64,000 bases of DNA from Antedon mediterranea (taxonomy: Eukaryota > Animalia > Echinodermata): NCBI RefSeq assembly GCF_964355755.1, contig NC_092676.1, positions 28,600,871 through 28,664,870 on the forward strand. The letters are read 5' to 3'. A program made the translations under genes and the position numbers. The notes below the pieces were generated by a model. The model had not been told where the DNA came from and did no database searches. It was given only the letters and a program-made list of their open reading frames with translations. Of the stretch, positions 38,464-57,700 are shown in pieces. Positions within the stretch are counted from its first letter, which is position 1. The number at the start of each line of letters is the position of its first letter.

Positions 38464-41400
38464 TACTCTAGTAGCTAGATCAACTTTCGTATGCACTTTG
38501 AGGTCCAGAGAATTTGACTTCAGAAATTGGTTTAGGGTGGTCAAACAATCATATTTGGCTTGGTTACACATTTTGAAAATGTGGCGAAAGGTCAAAAGGT
38601 CAAGGTGAAAAGTCATAAGACCAAACATAAATATGTCCTTAAATCTCAACAACCACTGGTCACAACGAGGTAATTTTGGTCTTAAATTAATCAGAAGGTA
38701 TACATTTATATTCAGTCTAATGGGACATTTTATTAAAAAATGACCGGAAATGCCATTTATGACCTTTGACCCACAACCTAAGGCATGTATGTATCTCCGT
38801 AACTACTGGTCGTAGACACTTGAATTTGGTTTTAAATTGTTCGAAATATATGTTTTGTTATTTGTTACACATTTTGAAAAATGTTACAAAAGGTCAAAGG
38901 GTCAAGGTCATGGGTTATTTGAACAAATAAAAGAAGGTACTTGTATCTCGGCAACCACTGGTCGCAGCAAGTCAATTTTGGTCTCAAAATGTTTAGAAGG
39001 CATGCATTTATATTCCATCTAATGGGGCATTTTAGTCAAAAATGATCAGAAATGCCATTTCTGACCTTTGACCCACATACCAGGGCATCTTCATATCTCT
39101 GTAAGTACAGGTCGTAGAAACTTAAATTTGGTATCAAATTGTTCGAAATATATATATTTACATTCATTGTAATAGAAAATGTGGTTAAAAGATGAACAGA
39201 AATACTATTACCAATGTTTCAAACAAAAAACATATCTACACAACTTATCCTTAGACAGTAATGTTATGCAATAACTGATACTTTAAATTGTTTTAATTTC
39301 AAATACTAGTTATTGCTGTCCCCGAGGACATTTTGATAGAAACGTTAAGCTCAACAGTTCTTTTCAGAATGCTAGAAGTAACTTGCCATATGTATCCGAT
39401 TAAACGCCCCAGGCATTCATTGTTCAAAATGGTTTTTAGGGGGAAAGAAGGCATCTTTATTTGGGGTATAATATGGTAACATGTATAATCAAATAAATAC
39501 CACCTAGATGTAAAAAAATACTGCACAATTAATATAAAAAAGTGATAAAATTATGTCAAAATGCTTGGTAAATTGTAGATTTATGGTAGTTAATGAAATG
39601 TGTTGACGTGATACAATTATTGTGTAAATGCATGTGGCGGGGCGTTTATTCCACATGGTGTTCTATTGGAGGGAATGGTGGCGTTTATTTGAAGGAATAC
39701 TCTAATTTTAATAATTGTATTTCGTTTCTCAACTGATAAAAGGTACTTTACATGATTCGTTTTCCTCTTTATGCTTTTTAACGAAATCTTTCTGTCTTTT
39801 AAAATAAAAGTGATAGATTCCATTAAATGGATCTTCTCCTCCAGGTGCCAGTATAATGATATAAAACAATGACACATCATTATCCTGACACGATTGCACT
39901 CATAATGGAACTTCATTCTATCATCTATTTGTTTGTAACTACAATTTGACAACAATCTTTTGCATAGTTTTAAATGCCAATACATAGTTTCAATCATTAC
40001 TATTGTACAATATGCCCAGCTTTCCTGAAAACACCCTTGTGTACTGTAGTACAGTGTTGTAGTATGATTTTATCATGATAAACTTCTGATGCTTTTATTG
40101 TCAATGCATTCAGTACCTAAAACATGTCAAAGTTTCTAGTGGTATTGATAATAAATCTCCAGAAATATATATTGTTTTATTATCTACACTGGGAACAGAC
40201 GTGTATATGTATAAGTTTTGTCGTTGACATTCAAAACTATTATGCAACAGTGTTACGTAATAATGACAATGACTTGGTCTATTATTGTGGTCTCCGATAC
40301 CTTTTATTAGGCCTACATGATTGTACTTCCACCAGGATAGAATGAGGTTTAATCCCGTTATTATTCTTATTATATATATATATATATCTTTATTTATATA
40401 TATATCTGGGGTGTATTTATTTGATTATACATGTTACCATTATTACACCCAACAAAATAAACGCCTTCCCTGAATAAATAAATGCCCGAGGCTTTTATTC
40501 GGGTAACTACAGTAAATTACTTCTAGCATTCTCAAAAATGTTTGAACGTTCGGGGGTCAACAACACTTTCTAGCATTATTATAAGCAAAAGTACAATTAT
40601 TACAAACAGTAAAGGATTTGTTTTAATTCCTACAGTATAATGAAATCATTAAGCATCAATTATTGCATAACATTACTGTCTAATGATAAGTTGGGTAGAT
40701 ATGTTTTTCATTTAAAAGATTAGTAATTAATAGTATTTCTGATCATTTTTTATCCAAATTTTCTGTTAGAATGAATGTAAATATGTGTATTTCTAACAAT
40801 TTGATACTAAATTTAAGTTTATACGACCTGTACTTACAGAGATAAGAAGATGCCCTGGTATGTATGTCAAAGGTCAGAAATGTCATTTCCGGTCATTTTT
40901 TACTAAAATGTTTCATTAGACTGAATATGAATGTATACCTTTTAAACATTTTGAGACCAAAATTTACTCGCTGTGACCAGTGGTTGCCGAGATACAAATA
41001 CCTATTTGTGTTTATTCATATAACCCCTGGCCTTGACCTTTTGACCTTTTGTAACATTGTTCAAAATGTGTAACAAATAACTAAATGTATATTTCGAACA
41101 ATTTGAGCCCAAATTCAAGTCTCTACGGCCAATAGTTACGGAGATACAGATATGCCCTGGTTTATTGGTCAAAGGTCAGAAATGGCATTTCCGGTCATTT
41201 TCGACTAAAATGTTTCATTAGACTGAATATGAATGTATACCTTCTGATCAATTTGAGACCAAAATTACCTCGCTGTGACCAGTGGTTGTTGAGATTTAAG
41301 GACATAATGGTGTTTGATCTTATAACCTTTGACCCTGACCTTTTGACCTTTCGCCACATTTTCAAAATGTGTAACCAAGCCAAAAATGATTGTTTGACCA

Positions 41401-41474
41401 CCCTAAACCAATTTCTGAAGTCAAATTCTCTGGACCTCAAAGTGCATACGAAAGTTGATCTAGCTACTAGAGTA
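38464..41474. mobile_element. 3 kb foldback element with ~1 kb inverted arms
   Basis: tactctagtagctagatcaactttcg... is mirrored by ...cgaaagttgatctagctactagagta; ~300 bp internal subrepeats; no intact ORF. Confidence 0.85.
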
Positions 41475-42174
41475 AAAAGAATTATGTTTGCTTCAATTTG
41501 TATTTTACTGATACTGATAGTTAACTCAATAAATTTATCCAAAGTTTATAATTTATATAACAATTTATATTTAGTTTGCAATGTAATATTTTACTGTGTA
41601 AAGGGCTTTTAAAACAGTAATATTAGTTATATGATGAATACATACTGTACTTTATTTACACATATATGTTTATCCTCTACTTTCATGATAAACTTTTGTA
41701 AAAATAAAATGGAAATACAATGTTTGTTAGTATTAAAATTATAATAAAAATGTGGTCTTTGGGAAATATAGTTTAACATTTCTGTTTAAAAACCTATTAA
41801 GCTATTTACTATAAGTATTATATTGGTTATGGTATCTAAAAAGGACAACATATACAGTGTATTTGCACCTTGTTTTTGATTTTAATGTTTCTGGTTATTT
41901 TATTCAAACCTTGAGAAGTTTGTAACTGATTGGTCGATGAAGTTTGCAAGAAGTTTGATCCTTTACGATAAATTAAAAATAAAATTAGCCTACAGAATCT
42001 GCCTTATGTTTACCCCTTTGTATCTAAACTGCTTTTGGCCAGTTATTACATACAAAGTATTAAGTATGTTTTATTCATATGTACTTTTGTGTTTATTTCA
42101 GTGGTCTTACATTATTTTTGTATAAGATATTTGAAGAAGTTTTAGTGGTTAAACCATGGTGTATTGAACCTTAA

Positions 42175-42327
42175 GCTCTGTCTACACTATCAAACTAGTT
42201 CCTTGACAAAAAAAGTTTGATGTGCCCAAATATGGTAGTGATATAACAAAATATGGCAGTGATGAATCATCATATCCATACTAGGCACATTACATTTTTT
42301 TTCACATAAAGTTTAATAGTGTAGACA
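42175..42327. mobile_element. MITE family B (also ~23810-23921, ~34690-34820, 50409-50545, 51167-51280, 53032-53190, 60802-60952)
   Basis: TIRs agctctgtctacactatcaaac / gtttgatagtgtagacagagct with TAA/TTA flanks. Confidence 0.8.
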
Positions 42328-42596
42328 CCTTTCTTCGAAGTGCTATCAATACATGATCTTCCAGTTGGTATTTCTTATATTTTCTGAGCCTAGAGTGAGA
42401 AGTCATTTGTTTTTGTACATACACCTCTGTATCTTTCGTATGTAGCTGTAATCATGTTTCAAACTTTATATTGCATTAAAATAATTATCTCACATTAATG
42501 TGTTTGGTGTTATTATTATTATTCAGGCAAAAAGATAGATTTTACAAAATATAAACAAATTAAACAAACACGACGTAAGGAGAAAAAATAAAATCA

Positions 42597-43155
42597 TAGT
42601 GACTAGCTGCCAAGAAAGCACAAAAGCAGCCTAAGCCACTGTCACCAATTAGGTGTACCTCCACATAGTCACTAGCTGCCAGGAAAGCACAAAAGCAGCC
42701 TAAGCCACTGTCACCAATTAGGTGTGTACCTCCAACCAATGACTAAATAGTGACTAGCTGCCAGGAAAGCACAACAGCAGCCTAAGCCACTGTCACCAAT
42801 TAGGTGTGTACCTCCAACCAATGACTAAATAGTGACTAGCTGCCAGGAAAGCACAACAGCAGCCTAAGCCACTGTCACCAATTAGGTGTGTACCTCCAAC
42901 CAGTCACTAAATAGTGACTAGCTGCCAGGAATGAACAAAAGCAGCCTAAGCCACTGTCACCAATTAGGTGTGTACCTCCAACCAGTGACTAAATAGTGAC
43001 TAGCTGCCAGGAATGAACAAAAGCAGCCTAAGCCACTGTCACCAATTAGGTGTGTACCTCCAACCAGTCACTAAATAGTGACTAGCTGCCAGGAAAGCAC
43101 AACAGCAGCCTAAGCCACTGTCACCAATTAGGTGTGTACCTCCAACCAGTGACTA
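42597..43155. repeat. ~7 x 82 bp tandem repeat
   Basis: tagtgactagctgccagg..gcagcctaagccactgtcaccaattaggtgtgtacctcc units starting at 42748, 42830, 42912, 42994 and 43076, preceded by two variant units. Confidence 0.92.
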
Positions 43156-43883
43156 CTAAATAAGTACTGTAATACAAATAGCATAACTAACATACGTGAG
43201 TAATTGCTTATTATATTTCTTCACATAAATGTGTTGCTGATTATAATATTCAAATCTCCATATAAAAGTTACATGTTTGAGTGGGTTGATTGAATGAGTT
43301 GATTCTAGACAGCGATTCAACGTTTGTAAAAAGAATTTGGACACAAATACATATTATACCAAGGCAATCCAACAACAGGACACTGAGCTTACAAGATAAG
43401 AACTCATAACACTCCATTGATCTTATGTCTGGCTGCAACAAATACCAACAGTACTGCAATGTCTGCATATTTTCCTCAGCGCACGGTTTATGTTACAGGG
43501 CTGTTTTGGGAGCCACAGATAAACCCTTTGATCTCCGGAGCTCAGCATCCTGTGGTTAGATTCCCTTTTTTATACTATACAGTTGAGCTGGAATAAAAAG
43601 AATCAGGACACCTGCTGGTAGAGTGTGCTATAGAGAAGGAAACAAGAACTAAAGCCTTGTGTAGTGCTACTCTTGGACGGAACAGTATTTTGCAGAAAGA
43701 AGATCCTGTTTCACAAGATGGATGACAGACTATCGGCAGGATCAAGCATGTCTGAAATTTGTTTTCCGTCAAATTTTAATTTAAAATACAACATAATAAT
43801 GAAACAAAATCATGATAATCTTTTCTCAACGTTATTTATTCATTTTTGCCTATTCTTCAATGATGTACATAGCCATATATAAT

Positions 43884-46038
<2,155 letters not shown>

Positions 46039-46149
46039 ATCTATAAAGTAAATGAAAAATTAATTTAAATACATTAGATTTAATTAAACTAAAAATATAT
46101 CTAAATTTATTACACATAACCCCATAAATATGTGAATAAAAACACTTAC

Positions 46150-46320
46150 TTTTTTCACGAGGTTACCGTGCAAGCCCGAAGATCGAAAAGAGCGAGAAAC
46201 ATGGCTAGCCTCTAGTCTTTTTCTGCCAGCCGTTTTAGAAAATTTTAGAAAAACGCCCTCAAAGGTTTTTTTAAAACGCGGGATCATGGCAACCAATCGA
46301 CCAAAAACGCGCGAAATATT
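46150..46320. promoter_or_regulatory. RPS16 non-coding first exon with TCT/5'TOP start, and putative RPS16-TYMS divergent promoter
   Basis: Minus strand CTCTTTTC at 46192-46185 followed by a GTAAGT donor at 46149; CCAAT at 46293 and E2F-type GCGCGAAA at 46309-46316. Confidence 0.6.
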
Positions 46321-46694
46321 AATTTTGTGGTGGTTGGTGTATGTTGTTGTTGATTTTGTACATTTAGTAAGTATTAATTGTCATATTTACCGAATTATAC
46401 GTGTTTTACCAAATTGGTTAAGTACATTATTATTACATAGTATTTCAGTTAATTAAACTCATTTTGCTGCTGCCAATGATGATGCAAAATGAGTTTAAAA
46501 AGATGCCTAAAATGTATTGAAGACCATCGTGAGTAACATCATTTACACATTATCCAAGGCGCTACATTGTCATTGTATTCTAGGCCTAGGTTAGGTTTCA
46601 TTCCATTCTTGCCTTGATGGAGTGGCAAAAGGGTGGTTTGGATGATTGGGATTGTGTATTTTATGTGTCATTCGTGTTATTTAACGTACATCTT

Positions 46695-46865
46695 ACCATC
46701 AGAGTCATACATCACTGGAATTCTCTGCCTGAATATGTAATACAAGCCTCTTCAGTGAACATCTTTAAGTCTAGACTTGACAACTATTTTCGGCTAGAAA
46801 TGGAATCTAATAGGCACTAGCCTAAACTATTTCCATCAAACATTAAGTGTAAGTGTAAGTGTAAG
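46695..46865 (+). mobile_element. CR1-like LINE 3' fragment
   Basis: RVIHHWNSLPEYVIQASSVNIFKSRLD followed by a (TAAGTG)n tail. Confidence 0.7.
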
Positions 46866-47151
46866 ATAATTAATTAATTATATTATTATAATATAAGAAG
46901 ATTGAAAGAACAAGGTACACAGGGAGAGAGAGAGAGGGTACAGTAAATACTGTACTGTAGGGGAGAGAGAGTGTGTGCATTATGGATGCAGACAATTTAA
47001 AATTATAATTAAAGTAAGACCTATAGTGTGAATAAAAATACTACATTTAAAATATATTTTAATTTAACTGTTGAATTAATAATACAGGGGACGTATTATT
47101 ATAATTATTATTATTATATTTAGTTTGTGATTGTTACTGTTTCCAAGCTGA

Positions 47152-49964
<2,813 letters not shown>

Positions 49965-51789
49965 ACACTATTCTGAACGCTTTAAGTATATTAGATATGG
50001 GAATGATAATATGTAGTGCATAGCTTTAGTTTAATAGGTTTGTGTTTATACAAAGTTGAGTTCTGAGAAGAATCTAGTTTATTAATAAGACAGTACTTAG
50101 CCAGCTGTAACTGGTGTCTATTACAAACTGAATCCTGTTCAACCACTGCCTTAAAGTATTTATATTTTGTGAAACTGTTTAAAATTTCATACAACATGTA
50201 AATAAAACATTTGTAAATAGATTGGATTCGTTGTTTTATTATTACAGTAGGCCAGAAAAACAAAACACTTACATTTATTGTCTTTTTCCATTGTATTAGT
50301 ATTATGAACGCCACCATTTTAATTTTTTCAAGTATTCGTATGACATGCAATATGTGCCAAATTTATTTATAGGAATATTAAGGCATAAAGGTTTTGAGAA
50401 TTGTGTTAAGCTCTGTCTACACTATCAAACTTTATGTGACAAAAAATGTGATGTGCCCAAATATGGACACGAAGATGTCATATCACTGCCATAATTGAGC
50501 ACATCACACTTTTTTGTCAAACTAGTTTGATAGTGTAGACAGCCTTATGGTGTAATTAAATGAAGTGATTGCAATGAATTCAACAGAAACATGCTAAAAG
50601 TACAGTTTAGAATTTTGTTTCATTATCTTTAATACTGTATTTTAATAAAAGAAAAAAACAAAAAAAATATACATTGAAAATCTGAGAAAAAAAAAACTCT
50701 AATTTTAAAATAAATTGTAACACTATAAAAGCTTATAGCAACAATACTTTGTTTTCGAAAGTAGAATTTTAAAACATAATTGGGACTTTACACCGACTTT
50801 GGTATAAGCCCACCGCCATACAACATTTGGTAACAGGTCAAGCTACCCCTAAAATAATCTGCTGGATATATCTCGGTTTAAATTCAAAAGAGGGCTTATA
50901 CCAATTATTTAGCACCATAAATAAACAACAGCAGCACATAATGTTAAAAAATACAGTACTTCAAATTTTACAAACTCAAAAATGATAATACATTTACTGC
51001 ACTGCCTAGTAGTATAGGCATATTATACAAATATAATTTACTTAAGGGAAAAAATAAAAAATTGTAAGAGCTTAATCTGAAACTAAAACAAAAATGATTG
51101 AATAAATGAAAGTTATTTTTAAAGTTATAAATCACTATCTTTCAAATTGTTTACATTAAAAGTAAAGGCCTGTCTACACTATCAAAAAAATGTGACATTC
51201 CCAAATATGGTAGTGGTATGTCCATATATGGGCACATCACATTTGTTGTCACATAAAGTTTGATAGTGTAGACAGGGCCTAACGCTATTATTTTCTTTAA
51301 AAAACAAATTGCACAGTGTTTGTCTGAGGCAGGAAATGATCGGTATTTGCTTTAATAAATCAATTACAGTAGTATTTTCTATAGAAATATCCGAGAAAGA
51401 ACTGAACAATACATGATCATATGTCAATAAACAGATTGTGTACCAATAACCTCAAGGAAATTTACAAGTAATAACACTTTGAAGATTGTGTCTAAACTAG
51501 AAATTGATAAAACATCTTTTTTCTAAATTAACATTTGTTCAATTATTGAAAGAGCAGTAGGGACTTAACATGATCATCGGTGTTTATTAAAAAAAGAAAA
51601 ATCTTTTTCAATTTAACTGGTATAATTTCGCTTTTGCTTGGTGAATTGGTAGGATTAGGAAAGGCTAAAATTGTAGTCTACCGCATAAATTGGTAGGTGT
51701 GTCTTTACAGGTGCTACTACTAGACAGAGTTGTTCTGTTTATTGTTGAAAACATCTTGGAATGTTAGATCGGTACTACAGACTTTTACG

Positions 51790-54700
51790 CTAAACACTTT
51801 CACCAGTCTCACGGTCTCGGCTTTCCTCCGTATCTGAATGATGTTGATTTTGAGCACCATCAATTACCACATCCCCCAGTTCAACATCACCCCTTTCATC
51901 AGCATTTACCACCTCCCCCATTTCAACATCACCCCTTTCATCAGCATTAGCCTCTTCCCCAGGGTTTTGCTGTTCTTCAGCAGGCTGTTCACCAGCTAAG
52001 ACAGGATCTAATGGCACACCTTCCTGACTGGAATTACTATCTCCATCTTGCGCTGCCTCAATCACAAGCGGCTGTTCCGTTTGCGTTGATGTACTTGACA
52101 TACTAGATGTACTCCGTCTTTCCATTGGTTCATCATCATCCTCACCAGTTTGTGTCGCCCGTGCTACCCTAGGTACTCGAGCTCCGGCTCTTTCACTGCC
52201 TGGATCGTCAGGGAATTGCATTCCAAGAGCCATTAAACTGATGTCATTGTAAAGACGAGCTCGTTGTACGGGGTCGATGCTGTAACGACTGTACATGTCT
52301 CCGTTACCGTTTGATTGTTGATTTTGGTCCTCATTTATTGTTACAGATGGGCTAAATAAATAATAACATATATAATTATAGTAATTTATTGGCTGTAACG
52401 ACAGCCTATAAACAAGGTGCTCTTAAGCTTGACTTGCAGAGTCTCAATATCCACACATAGTAAGTAAAGGGTGAAAGAGAAAGACTTACCTGGCAACACA
52501 AATACGAAGGTCACCTTTAGTGGTGCCATAGGCTATGCCTGCTCCTGGGCTTGGTATCCATTTGACAACGTTCACACTAGCATTCTGCCTCTGATCTCCA
52601 TCTCCGTTGTGTAATATTGAGTTTACTTGTACAAGTGAATTCTCCCCACCATACGGCTCCTGCATTTTGAACACTTGCGCCATTGTCTGCAGCAGAAGAC
52701 AACAGTTTAAAATAATAAAGTCAGTGTTCTCCCAACGCAGGTTTTTTATATAGCAATTAGCACCGAATTCAAGAGCTAAAATATCAGTGTCAAAGGTCAT
52801 ACACTTACCCTTCTAGATGTTTGATTCAAGCAGTGTAACCGTCTAGCTGCCAGGCCAACAACTACATAAGTACCTAAGGGTGAAAGACTTGTACAGATTG
52901 CATTTGGGCCTGAAATACAAATCAAACATTAAATATTATCAATTCTTAATACCTTATTAATTACATATGATTATCCATTCATAGTTCTTATTAATAGTTA
53001 TCAATTCTAAACCTATATTTGCATAGCATATACTCTGTCTACACTATCAAACTAGTTTGACAAAAAAAGTGTGATGTCCCTAAATGTGGTAGTGATATTC
53101 CCAAATATGGTGGTGATATGACATCATCATATCCATATATGGGCACATCACATTTTTTTGTCACATAAAATTTGATAGTGTAGACAGAGCATTAATGAAA
53201 AACAATATTAAAATAACGTACCAAAACTTTTAGTATATAAAACATCACCAAAGTTGTTTGGCATGAGTGAGTATATTGCTAGAACACCATTGTCAGGGAA
53301 ACCAAATGGACTTGGAACAAACGTTGCTAAGAGTCTACCATCCTGGGACAGGTCACAGCTATTGTCATTGTGAATCTTACAGTGTGGGACGATAAGACAA
53401 GATTTAGCTGTCAAAAAAGAAAGATTATAATTAATAAATTGCAGAATGTGAACCATTATTATGGGATGGTAAGATATGTCTTATATATTTTACATGTTAG
53501 AAAAGGTTACTGGAAGTCTTTTCGTTCATTCTCAATTTGGGTATATTGCCAGGGATGCCCATAGTGATTCATTGTGATTCCTGACAGGATTTGAACCAAG
53601 AACCTTGATGCGGATTCAAAATGATGTTTGAATATTGCTATTTACCATCGCTAATATCTGGTAACTCTTGCTTTGTGAAATCCCACCACTGCAGACGATG
53701 TGTGGTGCTCTTGATGTTATTAGCCACTGCCGTTTCTCCACGTACTAAAAATGCATCTATGATATTAAATTATGGTAAGATGATTAAGTTTAATTAAAAG
53801 TAAATTAATCAAGAAACATCTACAGAACATATTCTTGTTGAAAACTTTATAAGTCAAGAAATTGAAAATAAAACTTACCAGCTATGGCCCTGTTGACAAC
53901 AGCATGAACATTTCGAGGAGGTCTGCCAATTTCCTCATCAAAAATACTCACGTCATAGTGACGATGTAGAGGCTGTTGGGCTGGACGAACTCTAATAATA
54001 GATGCAATTGAAAATAAATAATATTAAAAATAGTAATATAATATTAATTATTTATAACATAATAAATCAATTTTTATGACATAGCAAATATTGGTTCTTG
54101 GTAAAAAGCAGCATTTTTTGTCACCTTTCCATCCCTCGCGATAGTCTATGAAATCCAAGTCTTGATCTTCTCACTTCACGATGCGTATCATCACCCGACA
54201 CGCCTGCTAGACGTTGTCCGCGGTACTTGCGTCTTGACGTCCAGCTCCGTGTTAGTGGTCCTGGATTTTGTATCCTTCTAGCTATTCTTCTTATATTAGA
54301 GAGGCCAGCTGTTTTGGTGAAAACAAATGTTAACATTTAATACAATATCTCACACATTTTGGGGTAGAGTTCAGATGGTGTATTGTTAATTCTGTGATCA
54401 ATATGTCAGCTGTTTCATACAATACATCTTATAAATTTAGTGTGAACAATTGAGGGCACTGTGTTCTTACCTGGATCAGTTGGTCTCGACCCATCCTGTT
54501 CTGAATACCGAGCCTCTACACGTTCCCGAACACGCTCTCTAATAGATTGCCTAACACGATCAATGCGCTCCATTCTACGAACCAAGGCTCTATTTTGATG
54601 GTGCAAACAATGATGCCGTGAGGAGGAGGAGGAGGTTGACGGTAGGAAAGTGGAAGCTATGAAGGAAGATGATGATGAAGACTGAGAGGTTGATGGCCTT

Positions 54701-57700
54701 TGTATCTGTTCTCTTGATGTACTAGCACTACAACTTTGGACATCTGTAAAAGAGAGAAAACTAATTTTGAAAAAAAGATAGATAATAAATCTCCATCTTC
54801 AAGCATACATGCTGCACTCTTCTTTCCAGGAACAAAAAATAGGTGGGTTGCAAGATAAACCATATAAGTAGCTCATGAAGATAATAAAAATAATATTGAA
54901 CTTTTATAAAGCGTTCTTTACCAGGGTCTCTCAATTGAAATAGGTGAGTTTTCAAGTATTTGAATTTAAAATGGGATGGAGTGTAACGGAACGAGGAAGA
55001 TCAGATGATCACTAAGAAGACAACTCTGGGTGAAGTTATGTGTATGGACTTTTAATAAACTGTATGTTGGTTTTTCATAACAACTTACTTGTGTTATTTG
55101 AGTTTGAAGTGTTAGAGGTAGGTGTAATTGTACTTGATGGCAGCAAATTGTCAGAGGATGATCTTTCATTCAATTGTGATGACGACGATGGTGAATCAGC
55201 AGATTGCATAGAGTTTGAATCAACATTAGAATTTGCATCGGAAGTGGTCGTTGTCAAACTAAGCTCCGGGTGAAGAATAGTCCTCAACTCTAACGCAGTT
55301 GGCGTTCTACTTTCGTTGTTTTCGGTACGAGAGTCTGGTGAACGCCAAGCATTTATACGTTGCCTAAAAGGCCGATGTTGTATTGCTGTGCCAAAAACTG
55401 AATTTGTTCTTCTTTGAGTTAGGATACTGTGATCCCGACTACGAGGAATTTCTGCCGATTGATTCTGAAGATTTGATAAAACAGAATCGAGAATTTGTCT
55501 GTGGGACATAGCATCTCGTCCAGCGGCTCTGTGAGCTTCTCCTGATACCAACGCATCGGTTGCACGATTAGCTACAGTTTCTAACGTCACAGAAGCGGCA
55601 TAATTTCTAGCTTGTGACAATAGTGATCTACTATTAATTTCCTGGTTATCCGTGGACACACTTTCATCCGATCTTGACAATAAGTTGTGAATCTCCCTTG
55701 ATTGGTTGGATGCATGCGCCAATGTAACTTCTGCAGTGTTTAATCTGTCTCTACGTGCATTTGCACGTCTCACGCGATATTCAACAGTCTGCGTGTATGG
55801 TATTTCATTACCACGCCTTGGAGGGCGCTGAATTTCAAAACTGTCATCATCATCTTGTCTAAATTGGAAAAATCTTCTAGAGAGAGGTCTTTGAAAAGAG
55901 CCAGCAGAATTCCTATTATCAGCAAACATTGAACTGAAAAAAAAAAAGAATTGATATATGGTATACTTTAGTACAGTATCAATTATTCATCTGTAACAAA
56001 ATTACCAGTATTCATCAACTGTAAAGGACCAGTATATATAAAGCAAATACATAGAATGTTATCAACTCTAAGAAACAGAATATCATGAATTGTTATTGTT
56101 GATTATTTAGCAATTAACTGAGTAAATTAAGCACGAACTGACTTACCTATGTGAGACATCTACATCATTCTCCTCTCTTGGTTTGTTTGAAATGCCAGTT
56201 AAAAGAAAATCTCCATATGTACTGAACCGTATCAATCTAGAAAACAAAATGTTACACATATTTTATTCCTTATTGTTCTTTTTGGTTCTTGTGTGCCGCC
56301 TAGACTGGGAGATTTCAAGGCTGTAGAGGTGGCTTGCAACCTTGTTCTATACCTGAATAAAGGCTGTTGTATGCATCACACTACCAGATATAAGCACATG
56401 GACAAGAATTCACTATTTAAATGTCGTCAATTCTTCAACACATCTAAACATTACTATATCAATTTTTTTTTCTTTTTCATGTGTCTTTTTAAATATCATT
56501 TTTGTTCCACAAGCATTCTGTTTTTTGAGAACATGTTATAGTTTATTTTTTTATCTACATCTTGTTAACTGTCTTTTTTGAAGTAAATAAATTTCACTTT
56601 GAATTGACCCAAATATTATACTGTAAATTACCAACCTGACTCTTTCATTTAGGCATGCTGTTTTGACAGAAGCAAATGGCTTTGGTTGACTCCAGTTCCA
56701 AAGAGAGATTTGATTACTTGTAGCTATAGCAAGAACTTGGTCTTGTGGATGGAATGACAATGATGAAATAGCATTATGATGCTCCGATACCCACACTTCA
56801 CTACCACCCTTAGAAAAACAAAATTAAAAACATGTACAGTTAGTTAATGCTAATATTGTATGTGTGTTATGCGCGATTTGAACGATTTGCGCAATTTGAA
56901 ATTGCGCAAAAAAATCCTTGCGCAATTTGAAATTGCGCAAAGAATTCTTGCGCAATTTAAAATTGCGCAAGGATTTTTTTACGCAATTTCAAATTGCGCA
57001 ATCAACTTGCGCAATTTCAAATTGCGCAAGAAAAACTTTGCGCAATTTTAAATTGCGCTGCACAATTTGTAAATTGCGCAAGATAGTTCTTGCGCAATAT
57101 GACACCTTTGCGCAATTTGAAAACGAACTGTAAATTTTCAAATTGCGCAACAAAATTCTACCAGACAATCGGTATTATAATAATTTATTGGAATCTAAAT
57201 AACTCAAAATAAAACATAATAAATGCGAAGATAACATGTGTATAATAAATGCATAACATTTATTATTACAATTAAATAATATTATCACTGTAACTTGAAT
57301 AAAATAAATCAAAATAAATGTAAAAATTAAGTTTTTAATATTAGTTTAAGCTAGGCCATGTAACCTAGTCAGTATCAGTAGTCCAGACCCTAGCTAGGCT
57401 AGAGTAGTAAAGCCGGCCGCCCGCGCCGCGCCCGCCTGGTGGAACACCACCGCTTCGTTTTCCTTCGTCGGTTCTTCGACGGTATGCTAACTTATAACAA
57501 TATTTGCACTACTAAAATAAGGAAATGCGATATTTATCTTTAATTTTGAATCATTCTTAGAAATTACTATAAAAATATGGGTGTGCATGATTTCACAATC
57601 TGTCGAAAAACCTTGCGCAATTTGCAGATTACTTGCACAATTTAATACGTTGCTTGCGCAATTTGAAACACATGTTTCAATTCAAATTGCGCAAGGATTT

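Noticed and set aside
38353-41612. Similar ORFs on opposite strands (38353-38652 and 41229-41612)
   Set aside because: They result from the inverted arms of the foldback element; no recognisable domain.
42597-43155. 82 bp repeat as CRISPR or ncRNA cluster
   Set aside because: Units are near-identical over their full length, with no spacers or recognisable RNA motifs.
46518-46560. Third functional U35 snoRNA
   Set aside because: It lacks the C' and D boxes and the 3' stem, and lies outside the host transcript.
56860-57133. Repetitive ORFs (LAQFEIAQ / LRNLKLRK)
   Set aside because: Translations of the transposon's TTGCGCAA subterminal repeats.
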